A stretch of 64,000 nt of DNA from Macrostomum lignano (Eukaryota), in assembly GCA_002269645.1 (NCBI GenBank), contig NIVC01002136.1, positions 137,445-201,444 of the forward strand, written 5' to 3'. The notes under the pieces are model-generated. The model had not been told where the DNA came from. It saw only the letters and a list, made by a program, of their open reading frames with translations, and did no database searches. This document shows, piece by piece, positions 12,631-24,949 of the stretch (within the stretch, counting starts at the first letter, position 1; each line of letters starts with the position of its first letter). The translations under genes were made by a program, and so were the position numbers.

Positions 12631-13097
12631 CTTTACAGAGAATGAGCTCAGTTAGAGTATGCTCTGGCCAAATAGTGAAGAGAAGAGGTGCTTGCGGGTG
12701 ACTATGTAGCTTTATATCCGATTCAGACTCCTTTGCTAATTCATCGTCTTTGCCTGTCTTTCAGCTATTTAGAGTTCGCTCTAACCCATAGACATATTTT
12801 AGCAGCTTGAAACTAAATAGCACCAACCTTACTTTGAATTTCAGAGCCAGCACCCCCAGATTGGTGCATGTAGAAGACACAAAATCGCCTGATAACTGTG
12901 TACTTAGTTTCAGTCCAAGTTTTGCACGATTTTTTGTACATTGTACATTAATACTGCAGCAAACATCTTCGCTGATATAATTAGCTCAGAACCGAACCAT
13001 CATTGACCTCAACGACTTTGAACATTCAGGGCATAAATCTATTTTTTTGTCCAATCTAGTTACGTAGAAGATAAAGATGAGCATGAAGATTTTCAGT

Positions 13098-13286
13098 TTA
13101 AGTATTGCTTAAATTCAGTCGAATTGTTGTGATGGGTGGCGCTCCGGATTCCTCGTGCACCAGGTGAATCTCGTGCACATAAACCTTGGTGGACGTTGCA
13201 TTTATCGTTTTCTCGTCGACTGCTTCGGCCTCTTTCGCTCGTCCTTTAGTGGATGGGGCGGCTGATTGTTTGCGATGGAGCTGCAA
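13098..13286 (-). pseudogene. Remnant or terminal exon paralogous to the C-terminus of the DSL gene
   Basis: VYVHEIHLVHEESGAPPITTIRLNL aligns with VDVPEIHLIDTDGVDSGPLPVTMGRLNS. DNA caggtgaatctcg(t/g)gcacat is 19/20 identical between ~13161 and ~2851. No upstream EGF or TM exons were recognised. Confidence 0.55.
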
Positions 13287-14189
13287 CCGTGAAGCTTTGA
13301 GACAGACTGGGCCAAGGAACTACAGAGTCAGAGTTGTCTTACGCCTGTCTGCACTTGCAAGTCAAGGTTGGCACGAGAAGTCTACACGCTCTAATTATTT
13401 TAGACCAATGGGGTACTCTCATCGTTTGGCGTCGAAGCATCAAAACGACTCCTTCACAATTTTCCGTCGTTGTGATGAATCTATCGGTTTAGTGTTCGCA
13501 ACCCGTCACTAATTTAACGTGCCAGTAGGTCGTCGCTGTAACGCTGCAGATTCTTGGAAACGTTGGGAATTAGACCGCCGAAATAGATTACGAAGTAACT
13601 TTAGACATGGCAGAAGGATCTGTTGTCTGTGTGTTTCTGTCAGCGAATTTATGCAGAAAAATTCAGTCTCACTGTCACTTTTTATGTGGAGCACGAAGAT
13701 GGTCTTCATTTTGACCAGCAGGCCGACACTTGCGCCGTGGCAGGCATTCTTCAGTCCAGCAGTCACGAGGCCAGCAGGTAGAGTGTCGCGTAGCCAAATA
13801 CACTGAGCTGCCTGTCGTTCGGCGTCGATCCACGCGTTGCCACCGCAAAACTCAGCCTTCATCGCTGGAAGGCAATCGACTGCACCCAGTCCAGCAACAT
13901 AAATGATAGAGCAGGAACTGCGCTACTCCTTGGGCACTCAATAGAATGTCTCTAAGAAGACTCGGCGTCTTTCCGTGCACCATTCCTAAGCTTATAATAG
14001 TTTGTTTGTGAGCATATCGCTGGTGAGTTGTGACTGAGTTGCCGTTACATTGCACTGGTGAGCTTTGAGCCCAGTTCAAAACTCAATAGGAGCTACATGA
14101 AACGCTAGATTTGCTGGATTCGCAGAATTTTCTTTCCTAAGTGAGTTTTATTCATTAATAATTATTACAAATATTGGCAGATGTGCAAC

Positions 14190-14458
14190 CAACAGCTCAT
14201 CCGCAGCTACATGTATTGCACAGCGCATCTGAAGGCTGTGTACGGCTGCTCAGCCCAAGGACTGGAGGGGTCGCCAACACAACCCTGGATTTACCTTAGC
14301 TAATGTCGGTACTAGGGTTGTAACCTAGTGGTTAAAGCGTTGAACTCACGATTGAATGGTCGGGGGTTCGATCTCGACCCTCTTGGAACAATTATTGTCC
14401 TTGAGCAAGACACTTAACTCTGCATTGCTTCAGCTCACCCAGCTATAAAATGAATACC
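14190..14458. mobile_element. CORE-like tRNA-SINE (family B) with its 5' half inverted
   Basis: 14316-14458 (+) has A-box taacctagtgg, B-box ggttcgatc and the CORE-like motif ccttgagcaagacacttaac. 14190-14312 matches the tail of the intact copy at 42765-42990 in the opposite relative orientation. Confidence 0.7.
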
Positions 14459-15009
14459 AAGATTAAACACGAAGGAAATATGAACACATAACACAGAGAA
14501 GCAAGTTGTTTGTCAAAAAATCTTTTTTTAAGTTGCGCCTAACCAAATCTAGATACTTGCAACTTGCCCAGCACGCAGAAGCCATGCAGTGTATTAACTT
14601 AAAGTAGCAAGTAGAATTATCCTCGACTGACGAGCCGTTACACTCTGAACTTTACTACAAAGATAAATGAAACAAAATGTACACGAGAAAAAGTACGAGT
14701 ATGCTTGCGTTCCTGCAGCCTGATAAAGCAAAAGCTATTATATAGTAAAACTAAAACACGAGACGAAAGAAGGACTGGCTCTGACGGAAACGCTACAGCC
14801 AGTAGGGCAGTGGCTCCGCGTGCTACAGATGACTCTAATCAATGTACATGTACGGTTAGTTTTGTTGAACCAATTGTACATTTACATACGTTTTGATCAA
14901 TGTTAAACACGCGGAGCTCCTAGCAGAGTACAACTGCCTATATGTAGCTTTCAAATGAAAAGAGTAGCTGGAATAAAAACGGTGTCACGCGAGCGTTGCC
15001 ACCTTCGGT

Positions 15010-15453
15010 TCAAACATCGTACACCGTATTCGCCATGTAGCCGCCGCACGTCTCCTTCTCATTTCCTGGGCAGTTTTTGTCGCACTTCAGCGTAGAGATC
15101 TGGCCGTACTTGCCGTACTTGTTGGCGCAGTAGCACTCCGTTCCGTTCTGCAGCCCCATGTGCTTCATGTTGGCCTTCTTGCACGCGTCTCGGCACAGCA
15201 CGTGAGTGAGGCTCTCGCTGTGAAACGAGGCCTTTCCCATGTCTCGAGCGTTGACGCTGTCCGCGTAGCAGCCCTTGAACTTCGTGGCCGGTCGCTCCTG
15301 GGACCTCTTTGATCCGACGGCTCTACCGGCCGCGAATATTCCGGTGAAGGCGCCGGCGATGACTGGAAGGATCGGAGGACAGGCCTGGATCTCCAGACAG
15401 ACGAGGCTCAGAATGAAAAACAGCGCGGTAAGCAGTCGCTGGTTGACGAGCAT
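15010..15453 (-). CDS. Secreted single-WSC-domain protein, copy 2 (147 aa, intronless)
   Basis: Same architecture as 12187-12630, with 7 amino-acid differences. Confidence 0.9.
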   Translation of the reverse strand: MLVNQRLLTALFFILSLVCLEIQACPPILPVIAGAFTGIFAAGRAVGSKRSQERPATKFKGCYADSVNARDMGKASFHSESLTHVLCRDACKKANMKHMGLQNGTECYCANKYGKYGQISTLKCDKNCPGNEKETCGGYMANTVYDV

Positions 15454-15715
15454 CTTTACAGAAAAGAATTTTTCTTCTGTGTTGGCACTAGCTTCTTAGA
15501 GAGCAGGAGTAACAGATATCTATTTGGATCAGCTTAGAATTCGTTGAAGTCCCTTCTCTATGGGACGCTAAGGCCATAGACAGATTACAGCTCTCGCCTT
15601 ACAGAGAGAAACAAAAGTACAAAAGTACAAACGTTTAACTTTTAGAAGAATACGCGAACAGTAACTTCTATTGACAGTCACACTTACGCGGTATACTATC
15701 GCAGATTTACTCTTT

Positions 15716-16407
<692 letters not shown>

Positions 16408-17104
16408 ACACGAGGCGCAATTGAAACCACCGCATGAGCCAATTTGGTACGTATTGAGGTGATTACCTTATTCCCAATTCTAGAACTCCTTTTCCAAGAA
16501 AGGGAATTTATTTTTTTGAAGCAGAAGGGTAGTTACTGACACGAAATTTATCACGAAATTTGCTTATTAAAAACAGTTGTTAAGGTGATCGTCAATTTAC
16601 TTGGTGATCGTTATCCGAAAGATTGCCGATCCAACGGTCTTTATGGGGAGAATTCCTCTTTACTAGGTAGGCCCGATAGTCTTGGCAAAACACCCATGGG
16701 CAAAACACCGCATTGGCGCTTATACGAGTAGTGATCGCCCGATGACATTTGACAGTTTGGCGCCGCCCTCTGACTACGACCCTGAATACATGTATAAATC
16801 TTTGTTTTTCAAATTTAGATCGAAATGCGCAAGCGTTAAGTTTCTCACAGACTATTTTTAGCTTAGTCAATTCGCAGGTAAATTTTGTCGAGGCTAAAAA
16901 ATCATGAAGTCACTTTTGTCAAATTCGAAGTTACATGTAAAAGAGTCTACTCTACATGTAGCTTTTTATTGCTGCCCATTTTGGGCCTACTACAGTAGTA
17001 GACGCATTGAATTTAATCCAAGATACTGAATTTCAGAATTATATACCATATAATTTAATGTTTGCCAAAGTACTGTAATATGGAACTTTGGTCTATGGTA
17101 GCAA

Positions 17105-17445
17105 AGCGAGGGGGCCGTAGCCCATGGATAAATAATATAACTGGATCGCCAGAAGCTCGATTTTTTTGGTCCTAGCCAAAAAATTGCACGGCTTTGCTCG
17201 TGCAATTAACGGCCTTGAGAGCCAACCCCCCAAGGCGCAGTGAAGTGTACATGCCTAACGATAAAATAAAGTTAGGGCCGCTGTACACTCCTGTGTGAGT
17301 GTATGACTGCGTACGTATCCGCGCGCTTGTGTGCCTGCTCAGGGGAGTCGGCGGAATGGGCAGTAATTGCCTCTCGCCGGTTGTGTGCCTATGTCGCTTA
17401 AAGTGCGCCAGGGTGCACACAACCCCCTGCCTGATCTAATGAAAA
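17105..17445 (+). mobile_element. tRNA-derived SINE family A, degenerate head
   Basis: Body (tgcaattaacggccttgag...cacttaaagtgcgccagggtgcacac) closely matches 3470-3715. Confidence 0.75.
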
Positions 17446-19589
17446 AAATGGTAGCAAAGCAATTAGGCAGGCACTGCAAAGCGTTTAATCAAAGACGACT
17501 AAAAAAACTTAATTTTAACTACATGGGCTTACTCTGCTGAGTCTTATGTGTAGCTTAAACTTGCTCCAAGCCGTCTTGCACTGGCATATTGGCGGTTGAA
17601 TGAACAGAGGGGGTAGCTCTAGTAGTTTAAACTTAGTTTTTTAGTAGTCCTTGTGTTTAATTTGGTCGAATCATTAACCAATATTAATCTTTCCTCCATA
17701 TATGGGTCCAACAAGCATCAATTTTGTCCATTAGCGGCTATCTCGTATAAAACCCAATCATGAGTTTTTATAGTTGTCCACGTCAATTATGGGCTGCGGT
17801 ATAAAAATCTTGCATAAATTAATATGCAAACGCAGTTTTATTTTACATCTTCGTTATAATTTATCGAGCTAGTCGGAAAATTGTGTTATGCATGAAAGCA
17901 TTCAGTTTCCATGAGTAAAAAATAAGGACATACTTCACACGAATTTCAAGTCAATTATGGAAAAATATATTCAAGTTTTGAAACGAGTCATTACTTGTCA
18001 TAATCAATTTGTTCCAGCTAATATAACCTACGGAATGTGCATGAAAGTGCATCATGGTCGCTTTAATTGCTTCCTTCCCTAGTGTAAACTTAAAAATGCG
18101 ATGCGACCACATCGCGTTACTCAGAGCGGAAATTCCCATTCGCTTCCACCACTGCATCTTCATGAAAAAAGTGAAAAACGCTGGAAACGTACATGCATTG
18201 CAGAGCAAGATCAAATTTCTTAGAACTATTCCATGCAGATAAACGACTGGTGAATCTCCAGCTGCGCTGAAACTGCACTGGTAGTTAAAAAAGCAAACTG
18301 GCCAACTTTTTCCTGGTGCATTATATACTAGCAGTAGCTAAACTTTCTTTTTAATTAATTTACAGAAAGTGGCGATTAAATTAAAACTACCGTACGTACT
18401 AGTTTATTCGATATTTGATATTGACTGACAATACATATATACTTATTTTAATCACCTACTGGATGAATTGCTCTCCATCAAGTTCACACAGTACTTGTTT
18501 TATAATTCCTTATTTAAATACTTTTTGTTTCGTTAGCCGTTAAAGTCGTTCAATGGTTCGAAGAAAAACATTTAGGCGCTTTTTCAAATACTATATTTTA
18601 CTAAGCTCAAAACTTAAACAACTTATTACTAAATGGTCCCTCGATCTTGAATTATTTTTAAATACAGGCCAAACAGGCTTTTTGCCTGAGCCAAACTTAA
18701 TACTAAAAATAACTTACTACTTATTACATTTCGAGCAGACAGGGTTTACGGAGTAAACTTGCAAGTTGATCTCCCTTTTGCCAGTAGTAGGCTGGACTCC
18801 GGAGTAGGCCCTAGTTGACAAAATAAAAATTTTCCATCAATAGTTAGGTTAGGGTTAGGCCTCATAATTATTCATGAATCAGTTGCTAGGCTTCAGCTTA
18901 GTTTGGGTGCCAGATAAAATGCAGAAATGGATGCAAATACAAAACAGATCTGACTAGGCTAGGCCTAACCTAATAAGGCCTAGCGGCATAGTTCTAGTTT
19001 ACTTCGTTATATTATTTCATAATTCTACTTTACTTCGTTATATTAATTTCATGTATTTTCTTGCATCTGAACTCTTACCACAACCTTTTGAGCAACTCAC
19101 TTTTCGAGGCCTATTTCGAGGAGAACATCTGGTGCCGCATGTACCATAACAACCCCTTCGCCTTTGGCGCCATGCTGTACTGGGACTCTGTTTATTATCC
19201 TGTTTAGGACTCGACTTGACCTTGAACCAGAAATTTTGATAGAAAAAAATAATTTAACAAAAGGCAAAATAATATAACAAAGTAAACTAGAACTATGCCA
19301 GCCTAGCAGTAGGCCTAGGCCAGTAGAGCGATAATAACTAGCTTACAAAATTCATATACAAAAAGCTAAGGTGTATGTACTTAAGTAAAAATATTTTTTG
19401 ATTGTACTCTCATGCTTCTAGTTCTAACATAATGTACTTACATAATATCTAACATAATATATCTAGATATTAATTTTTATTATTATATATACCAGCATTG
19501 TATTTAGTCTTAATATTTTATGGTAGACAAAAATCAAAATGATTATATCATATTTTTGTATACAAAAGAATGGCAAATGAACGGGCACA

Positions 19590-20110
19590 TGCTTGGGTGC
19601 AACCTTGGGATTCACTTGGCCATTTCTATTGGCAACACACACATGTAAGTCGCTATTGGCTGAGAGTAGTCATGTTCTGGTATGTAGGTGTCTTTTGGTT
19701 TTCCCCACGTAGGAGACGCTCTGGTCAACAGAGCAGTTGAATTGATAGACGACACCAGCACGCAGAGCACGGGGAACACACGACTTTAACCGGCCAACGA
19801 AATCACCGACTTTGGCAGTCCGAAAAACAACTATGATGTTGCAGTTAAGCGATTGGTGAAACAGTTTCTTGATTTTGCTTTTGAAGTGAAGAGAAGGATG
19901 TCCAAAGAAAGGAAGGACAAGAATGGGGTCTTTGTGGTCATTTTTGGCGATTTGCTGTTTGGTAACCTTTTCAGAGATGAACTTGTGAGTGATGCTATAG
20001 AAAAAATCTTGCGGATAGCCGTTTTGACGAAACAGTTTGGAGAGAGATCTTAATTCCTGGTCAAAGTTGGCCCAGGTGTTACAGACATTCTTTCCGCCCC
20101 CGGACTTCAC
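19590..20110 (-). mobile_element. Penelope-like retroelement fragment (RT C-terminus plus GIY-YIG endonuclease), degenerate
   Basis: FRQNGYPQDF, LVLPFFG and GVVYQFNCSVDQSVSYVGKTKRHLHTR are typical PLE thumb, linker and GIY-YIG motifs. The frame breaks right after TR, with the expected EH in another frame. Confidence 0.8.
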
Positions 20111-22057
20111 TCTGCTGTACGGACTAACTCATGTGTTCTCCAATATCGATTTGTTCAATAATTTTTCCAATTTTTCTTGTTTACCTATAACCAACTTCAC
20201 ATATTTATTCGCAAAACCTGTTTAATTTCGTTGTTGAGAAAAAATAAACCTGAAGATGCACCTAGGAGTGCGAAACGCGTCGTTACTCACACAATGTTGA
20301 TTTTCGGATTCATTTTCCTTTTACTAGCCAAGCGAGCTACACTACCCGATTTCACTTAGAATAATAAAGTATAATATTTTTTCAGACTAGTTGCTTAAGT
20401 TTTATATCATATTGTGCTCTCATTCTTAAAAAATAGAGATTTAAATATGCGTAAATTAAATATTTTAATCATGTTTTTTTAAATTAAGCTCTAATCCTAA
20501 TTTGATTAGGTCTAGATAAAATTAATAAACCAAGGTCTTAAAACAGGGTCAATAATGCTAGTAGCATTTAAATACAAAAAGACAAAATAGATTTAGACCT
20601 ATTTTTCTTTTTTTAATTTGCTTTTAAATAAAATAATTGATGCAGGGCTTGCTTCTGTCCTTATAAATAGTTCTACAATGCCACCAAAGTTGTAACAGGG
20701 ATTAATTCTTCTTACTGATCTTACTGGTTATTACTGGTAGTGCATGTACTTTTATTGGTAGCGTATATACTTCTATTGTACTTTCTGGCCTGAGCAGTCT
20801 TTTAGGCACTGTCTATCCTATTCCTATACCCTTCTAAAGATATTATTCTATTATTCTCTCAGTCCTAGGTGTTCCTGGGATCAGAGGGTCACAGCTTACT
20901 TGCTGGGTATTCTGCCCTGAGGCGGGTTTCTCAGACTCTGAGTCTGGACTTCTCTACCCTGTGGTAGGATTCCTGCCTTCTAAAGGTGATTTCTTAGATT
21001 CTAGATCTGAATGTCTTGTTCTCTGAGAATGGACTGAACTCCCAATCTTGGGGCAACTCCTATGTCACTATCTACTACTCAAAATAAGTAACACGAGTGA
21101 TGACAAGCCCAAGGCTGATTTTAAGCTTGATCAATGTTCGAAGCAATGGTACAAGACCAACAAACAAGAAAAAGTTATTTATTTTGGCTCTCGGCTGACT
21201 CCTTTTTATAGTAATTTTTTTCCTATTATTTAACACAAAGTATTAATACATAGAATATTCAGAATATTCTGCATATAAGAAATATTTTTAATATTCGTGT
21301 AGTATGACAACAGTAGTACATTTTTGAAATGCAACTTTTTCTAAGAAATTGTTATAAAAACTGGAGGCCTATTATATAATTAATAGTATTAATTGGCCTA
21401 AACTAAAATTGCTTTACCTAATTGCAAAGCTTTTTATCTTATTTAAAAATGCCTATTAAGTATATTGCCCCAATATTGCATTAGCTCTATAAATAATGTT
21501 AGCTCCAACTTTAAAATATATTTTACAATATAATATTATAATCACACAAGATATGTTTTAGTACAATAAAAATAAATACTTATATATCTACACAGATCAT
21601 TAAGTGGTGCAGCAGCTTGCACCAGGGTTCTTGGTTGCAATTTCAAATGCAACCAAATTAATTTCTGGCTTGTATAAGAAATATTGGCATAATATAATGT
21701 ATTCACACCTATGAAGGCCAGCAATCAAGGCATTGAGAGTGTACATTATTAATTAGAAAGTCAAGGCTGTTGTGCACCATGCGTGACTGTGTGTACATTT
21801 GTATGCTCAGGTTGTTGTGGGGGTCAATGTTGCTAGTGACAGAGGGTATCATTTTGTGGCATTCATCTACCCAAGTCAAACCTAGTTATAGCATTTTAAA
21901 TTTAACCAAACATTTAGTCTAGCTTTTAAAAGAGATTTTCTAAGAAATGCAAGCATATAGTTTCAACAGCTTAATTATCGATTGCACACATGGACTCCCA
22001 TAGTCTTATTATCAATTGCAAGTTGCAACCATGGACTCCTAATTATCAATTGTAGCC

Positions 22058-22519
22058 ATGGACTCCCATCCTGGCGGTTTCAAACAGGAGATGCCGCCCA
22101 AAGGCGGATTTAAACCAATTGATTTCGTTCGCAAGCAGATTAAGCGTCCTTGGCGTGGTCACCTGCTAATTGCCGGCACCTACCTGTGGACCTACGCCGG
22201 CATCACCCTGTGGATCACTCCCCAGCGGCAGAGATATTATTACCAGAAGCAGGAGGCTCAGGAGGTCCGCATCGCAGCTTGGCCATTTGTCCTGGCCGAG
22301 CGGAACCGGTTGTACCTGAAGCACCTCATCAAACTGCGCGACGCTGAGTCTGAGCTGATGAAGGACGTGCCCGATTGGAAAGTTGGCCACTGGTTCTCCA
22401 CGCCGATATTTCACAACCCCCGCGGCCTGTGGATTGACCCGCTTCTATACGGCTTCTACGCTCTCAATTCTAAGAAAGACTACAAGTACAGGCGCTTCTT
22501 CCACCATTATTTCGTCTGA
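22058..22519 (+). CDS. NDUFA13: NADH dehydrogenase complex I subunit NDUFA13/GRIM-19 (intronless CDS)
   Basis: KQEMPPKGGFKPIDF, EVRIAAWPFVLAERNR and ELMKDVPDWKVG are NDUFA13 signatures. Confidence 0.93.
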   Translation: MDSHPGGFKQEMPPKGGFKPIDFVRKQIKRPWRGHLLIAGTYLWTYAGITLWITPQRQRYYYQKQEAQEVRIAAWPFVLAERNRLYLKHLIKLRDAESELMKDVPDWKVGHWFSTPIFHNPRGLWIDPLLYGFYALNSKKDYKYRRFFHHYFV

Positions 22520-22867
22520 GCTGGCTGGCTTTTGAAAGCGAACTTGGCCGATTGTTGACCCTCACCTTAGAACTGCACATCTGTAGTAGCACTACTATTA
22601 GTAGTTAACTATTCAATTCAGATAGTTACAGGTACTGCTAATGATATATTTATTATTAACTAATCTGAAAGCCAGCCTTTGTAGCCGAACACACAGTCTA
22701 AATGTAAACTAATTTGGCTATCCAACTTCTTTCTCTCTACTGTTAGTAGTAGGAAAACAAAGAGCCCTGGTTTTTGCTAACTAAATATTCGACCGAGATA
22801 GAATGTGAAATATACGATTTAAGCTTAAAACTGTATTTGGCCAGAAATCCTTTGTTTGTTTATTCCA

Positions 22868-23380
22868 TCAGGCCGTCACCCCAGCTTGTTTAGTTTTACT
22901 GGGCCAAGCTTTTAATTGGGCCATCACCCCAGCTTGTTTAGTTTTACTGCCCCAAGCTTTTAATTGGCCGTCACCCCAGCTTGTTTAGTTTTACTGCCCC
23001 AAGCTTTTGATTGGCCGTCACCCTAGCTTGCTTAGTTTTACTGCCCCAAGCTTTTGATTGGCCGTCACCCCAGCTTGCTTAGTTTTACTGCCCCAAGCTT
23101 TTGATTGGCCGTCACCCTAGCTTGCTTAGTTTTACTGCCCCAAGCTTTTGATTGGCCGTCACCCCAGCTTGCTTAGTTTTACTGCCCCAAGCTTTTGATT
23201 GGCCGTCACCCTAGCTTGCTTAGTTTTACTGCCCCAAGCTTTTGATTGGCCGTCACCCCAGCTTGTTTAGTTTTACTGCCCCAAGCTTTTGATTGGCCGT
23301 CACCCCAGCTTGTTTAGTTTTACTGCCCCAAGCTTTTGATTGGCCGTCACCCTAGCTTGCTTAGGTTGACTGCCCCAAGC
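22868..23380. repeat. 47-bp minisatellite (~11 copies) between NDUFA13 and BOLA1
   Basis: Unit ggccgtcaccccagcttgtttagttttactgccccaagcttttgatt, with starts at 23013 and 23060 giving the 47-bp period. Confidence 0.95.
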
Positions 23381-23454
23381 GATGGCTCACCACACAAATC
23401 TGCTGCAAAAACATATTAAAGCTGCCGCCCAATCTTGCAGCAGAGCCAGTCTCA

Positions 23455-24711
23455 ATGTCCAGCAGCGCCGCCATTGACGAAGGCTACCAGGGCCCGCTAG
23501 CCAGCAAAATACGCGCCAAATTAAGCGCCGAGTTGGCGCCAAGCCACCTGCTGGTAATCAACGAGTCCGCTGGGCACGGAGCCGGGCCCACCGGGGAGTC
23601 GCATTTTAAGGTGCGGTCAAGTTTTATTTATATTTTTTGTTAAAAGCAGGGGTTGTACGCACCCTGGCGCACTTTAAGCGACATTGTCACACAACCGGCG
23701 AGAGGCATTACTACCCATTACGCCGATTCCCCTGAGCAGGCAGGCACACAAGCGTGCGGATACATCACACAGGAGTCTACAGCGGCCCTAACTTTATTTT
23801 ATCGTTAGGCATGTACACTTCACTGCCCCTTGGGGATTGGTCCTCAAGCTGACCGCTAATTGCACGAGCAGAGCCAAGCCAAGATTCCTATTTAGCTCCA
23901 ATCAATGCTCTTGGAATCGAGCCTGTGCCGCTTGCACATCAGGGCGCCGCGCTAGACGGCCCCCCCCTGTACTATATCTAGAGATGCAGGACAAATCGAC
24001 ACTCCTACAGTTAACCTGTTCGAACCACCTTAAAATTCTACGCAATCATTAACTGAAATATTGCCATTGTAAATCCTCTAAAAAGCAAATCTTCCTTCAT
24101 ATCCCCACGACACTCTGTGTGTGCCTTCTGAGTCTTCAAATCTTATTGTTAATCGCCTTTCAACACTAAAAAACTGGCCTTTAAATCCTAATTATAAATC
24201 GGCATTCAGATCCCCATGAAAATTAGCGTAATGATCGGCCTTCAAAAATCCCTGTTGTTAAATGGCCTTGTATCCCCCGATGAGATTCGGCCTTCAAATT
24301 CCTATTTCTGGATCGGCCTTCAAATCCCTATTTTTTAAATCGACCTTTAAATCCTTATTTCTGGATCGGCCTTCAAATCCGATTTTTTTAATCGGCTTTC
24401 AAATCCCCATTTCTGAATCGGCCTTCAAATCCCTATTTCTGAATCGTGCTTCACAAGAAGCAATCGCACATACATACACCTGTCAATCCCCTCGGCAGGT
24501 AGTGGTGGTGTCGGACCGGTTCGCTTCCGTGGCCCGCCTCCGACGGCACCGGATGGTGAACGACAGCCTTGCCGAGGAGTTGAATACGCAAAGCGCAGAT
24601 CACAAACAGAAAATTCACGCCCTCAGCATTGTGGCGAAGACTCCGGAGGAGTGGGCAGCCAGCGACGCCGTGCCCGCCACACCGCCGTGCGGGGGCGGTG
24701 GCGGACGCTGA
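23455..24711 (+). CDS. BOLA1: BolA-like protein 1; exons 23455-23610 and 24499-24711
   Basis: KIRAKLSAELAPSHLLVINESAGHG...ESHFK|VVVVSDRFASVARLRRHRMVNDSLAEEL...IHALSIVAKTPEEW, joined by a phase-0 GT-AG intron. Confidence 0.92.
23645..23968 (-). mobile_element. tRNA-derived SINE family A, antisense in the BOLA1 intron
   Basis: The reverse complement has head gggccgtctagcgcggcgccctgatgtgcaagcggcacaggctcgattccaag and the same body as 3356-3725. Confidence 0.75.
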
Positions 24712-24949
24712 CAAGAATTTTTCTTCCCCGATTTGTTAAGTAGTAATGAACGCGCTTGAATGTAGCTTTTTGATACAAGCAAATAAATAAAGATCATTAA
24801 GTCTATGCGACTGTTTTTTATTCGACCACCAGAGTGTTCAGCCAGAGCAGGCGCAGTTTAGGTTGACGTGACTTGCTGATTTTTTGTTCAGGTTGAGATT
24901 TTAGCGATTTTTAGCTTAGCTTAGGGTAAGGTTTCACAGTCCAATGGTG

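Noticed and set aside
13509-14079. ORFs that might be TM/EGF exons of the DSL remnant
   Set aside because: No convincing EGF cysteine spacing, TM segment or phase-consistent exon chain was found.
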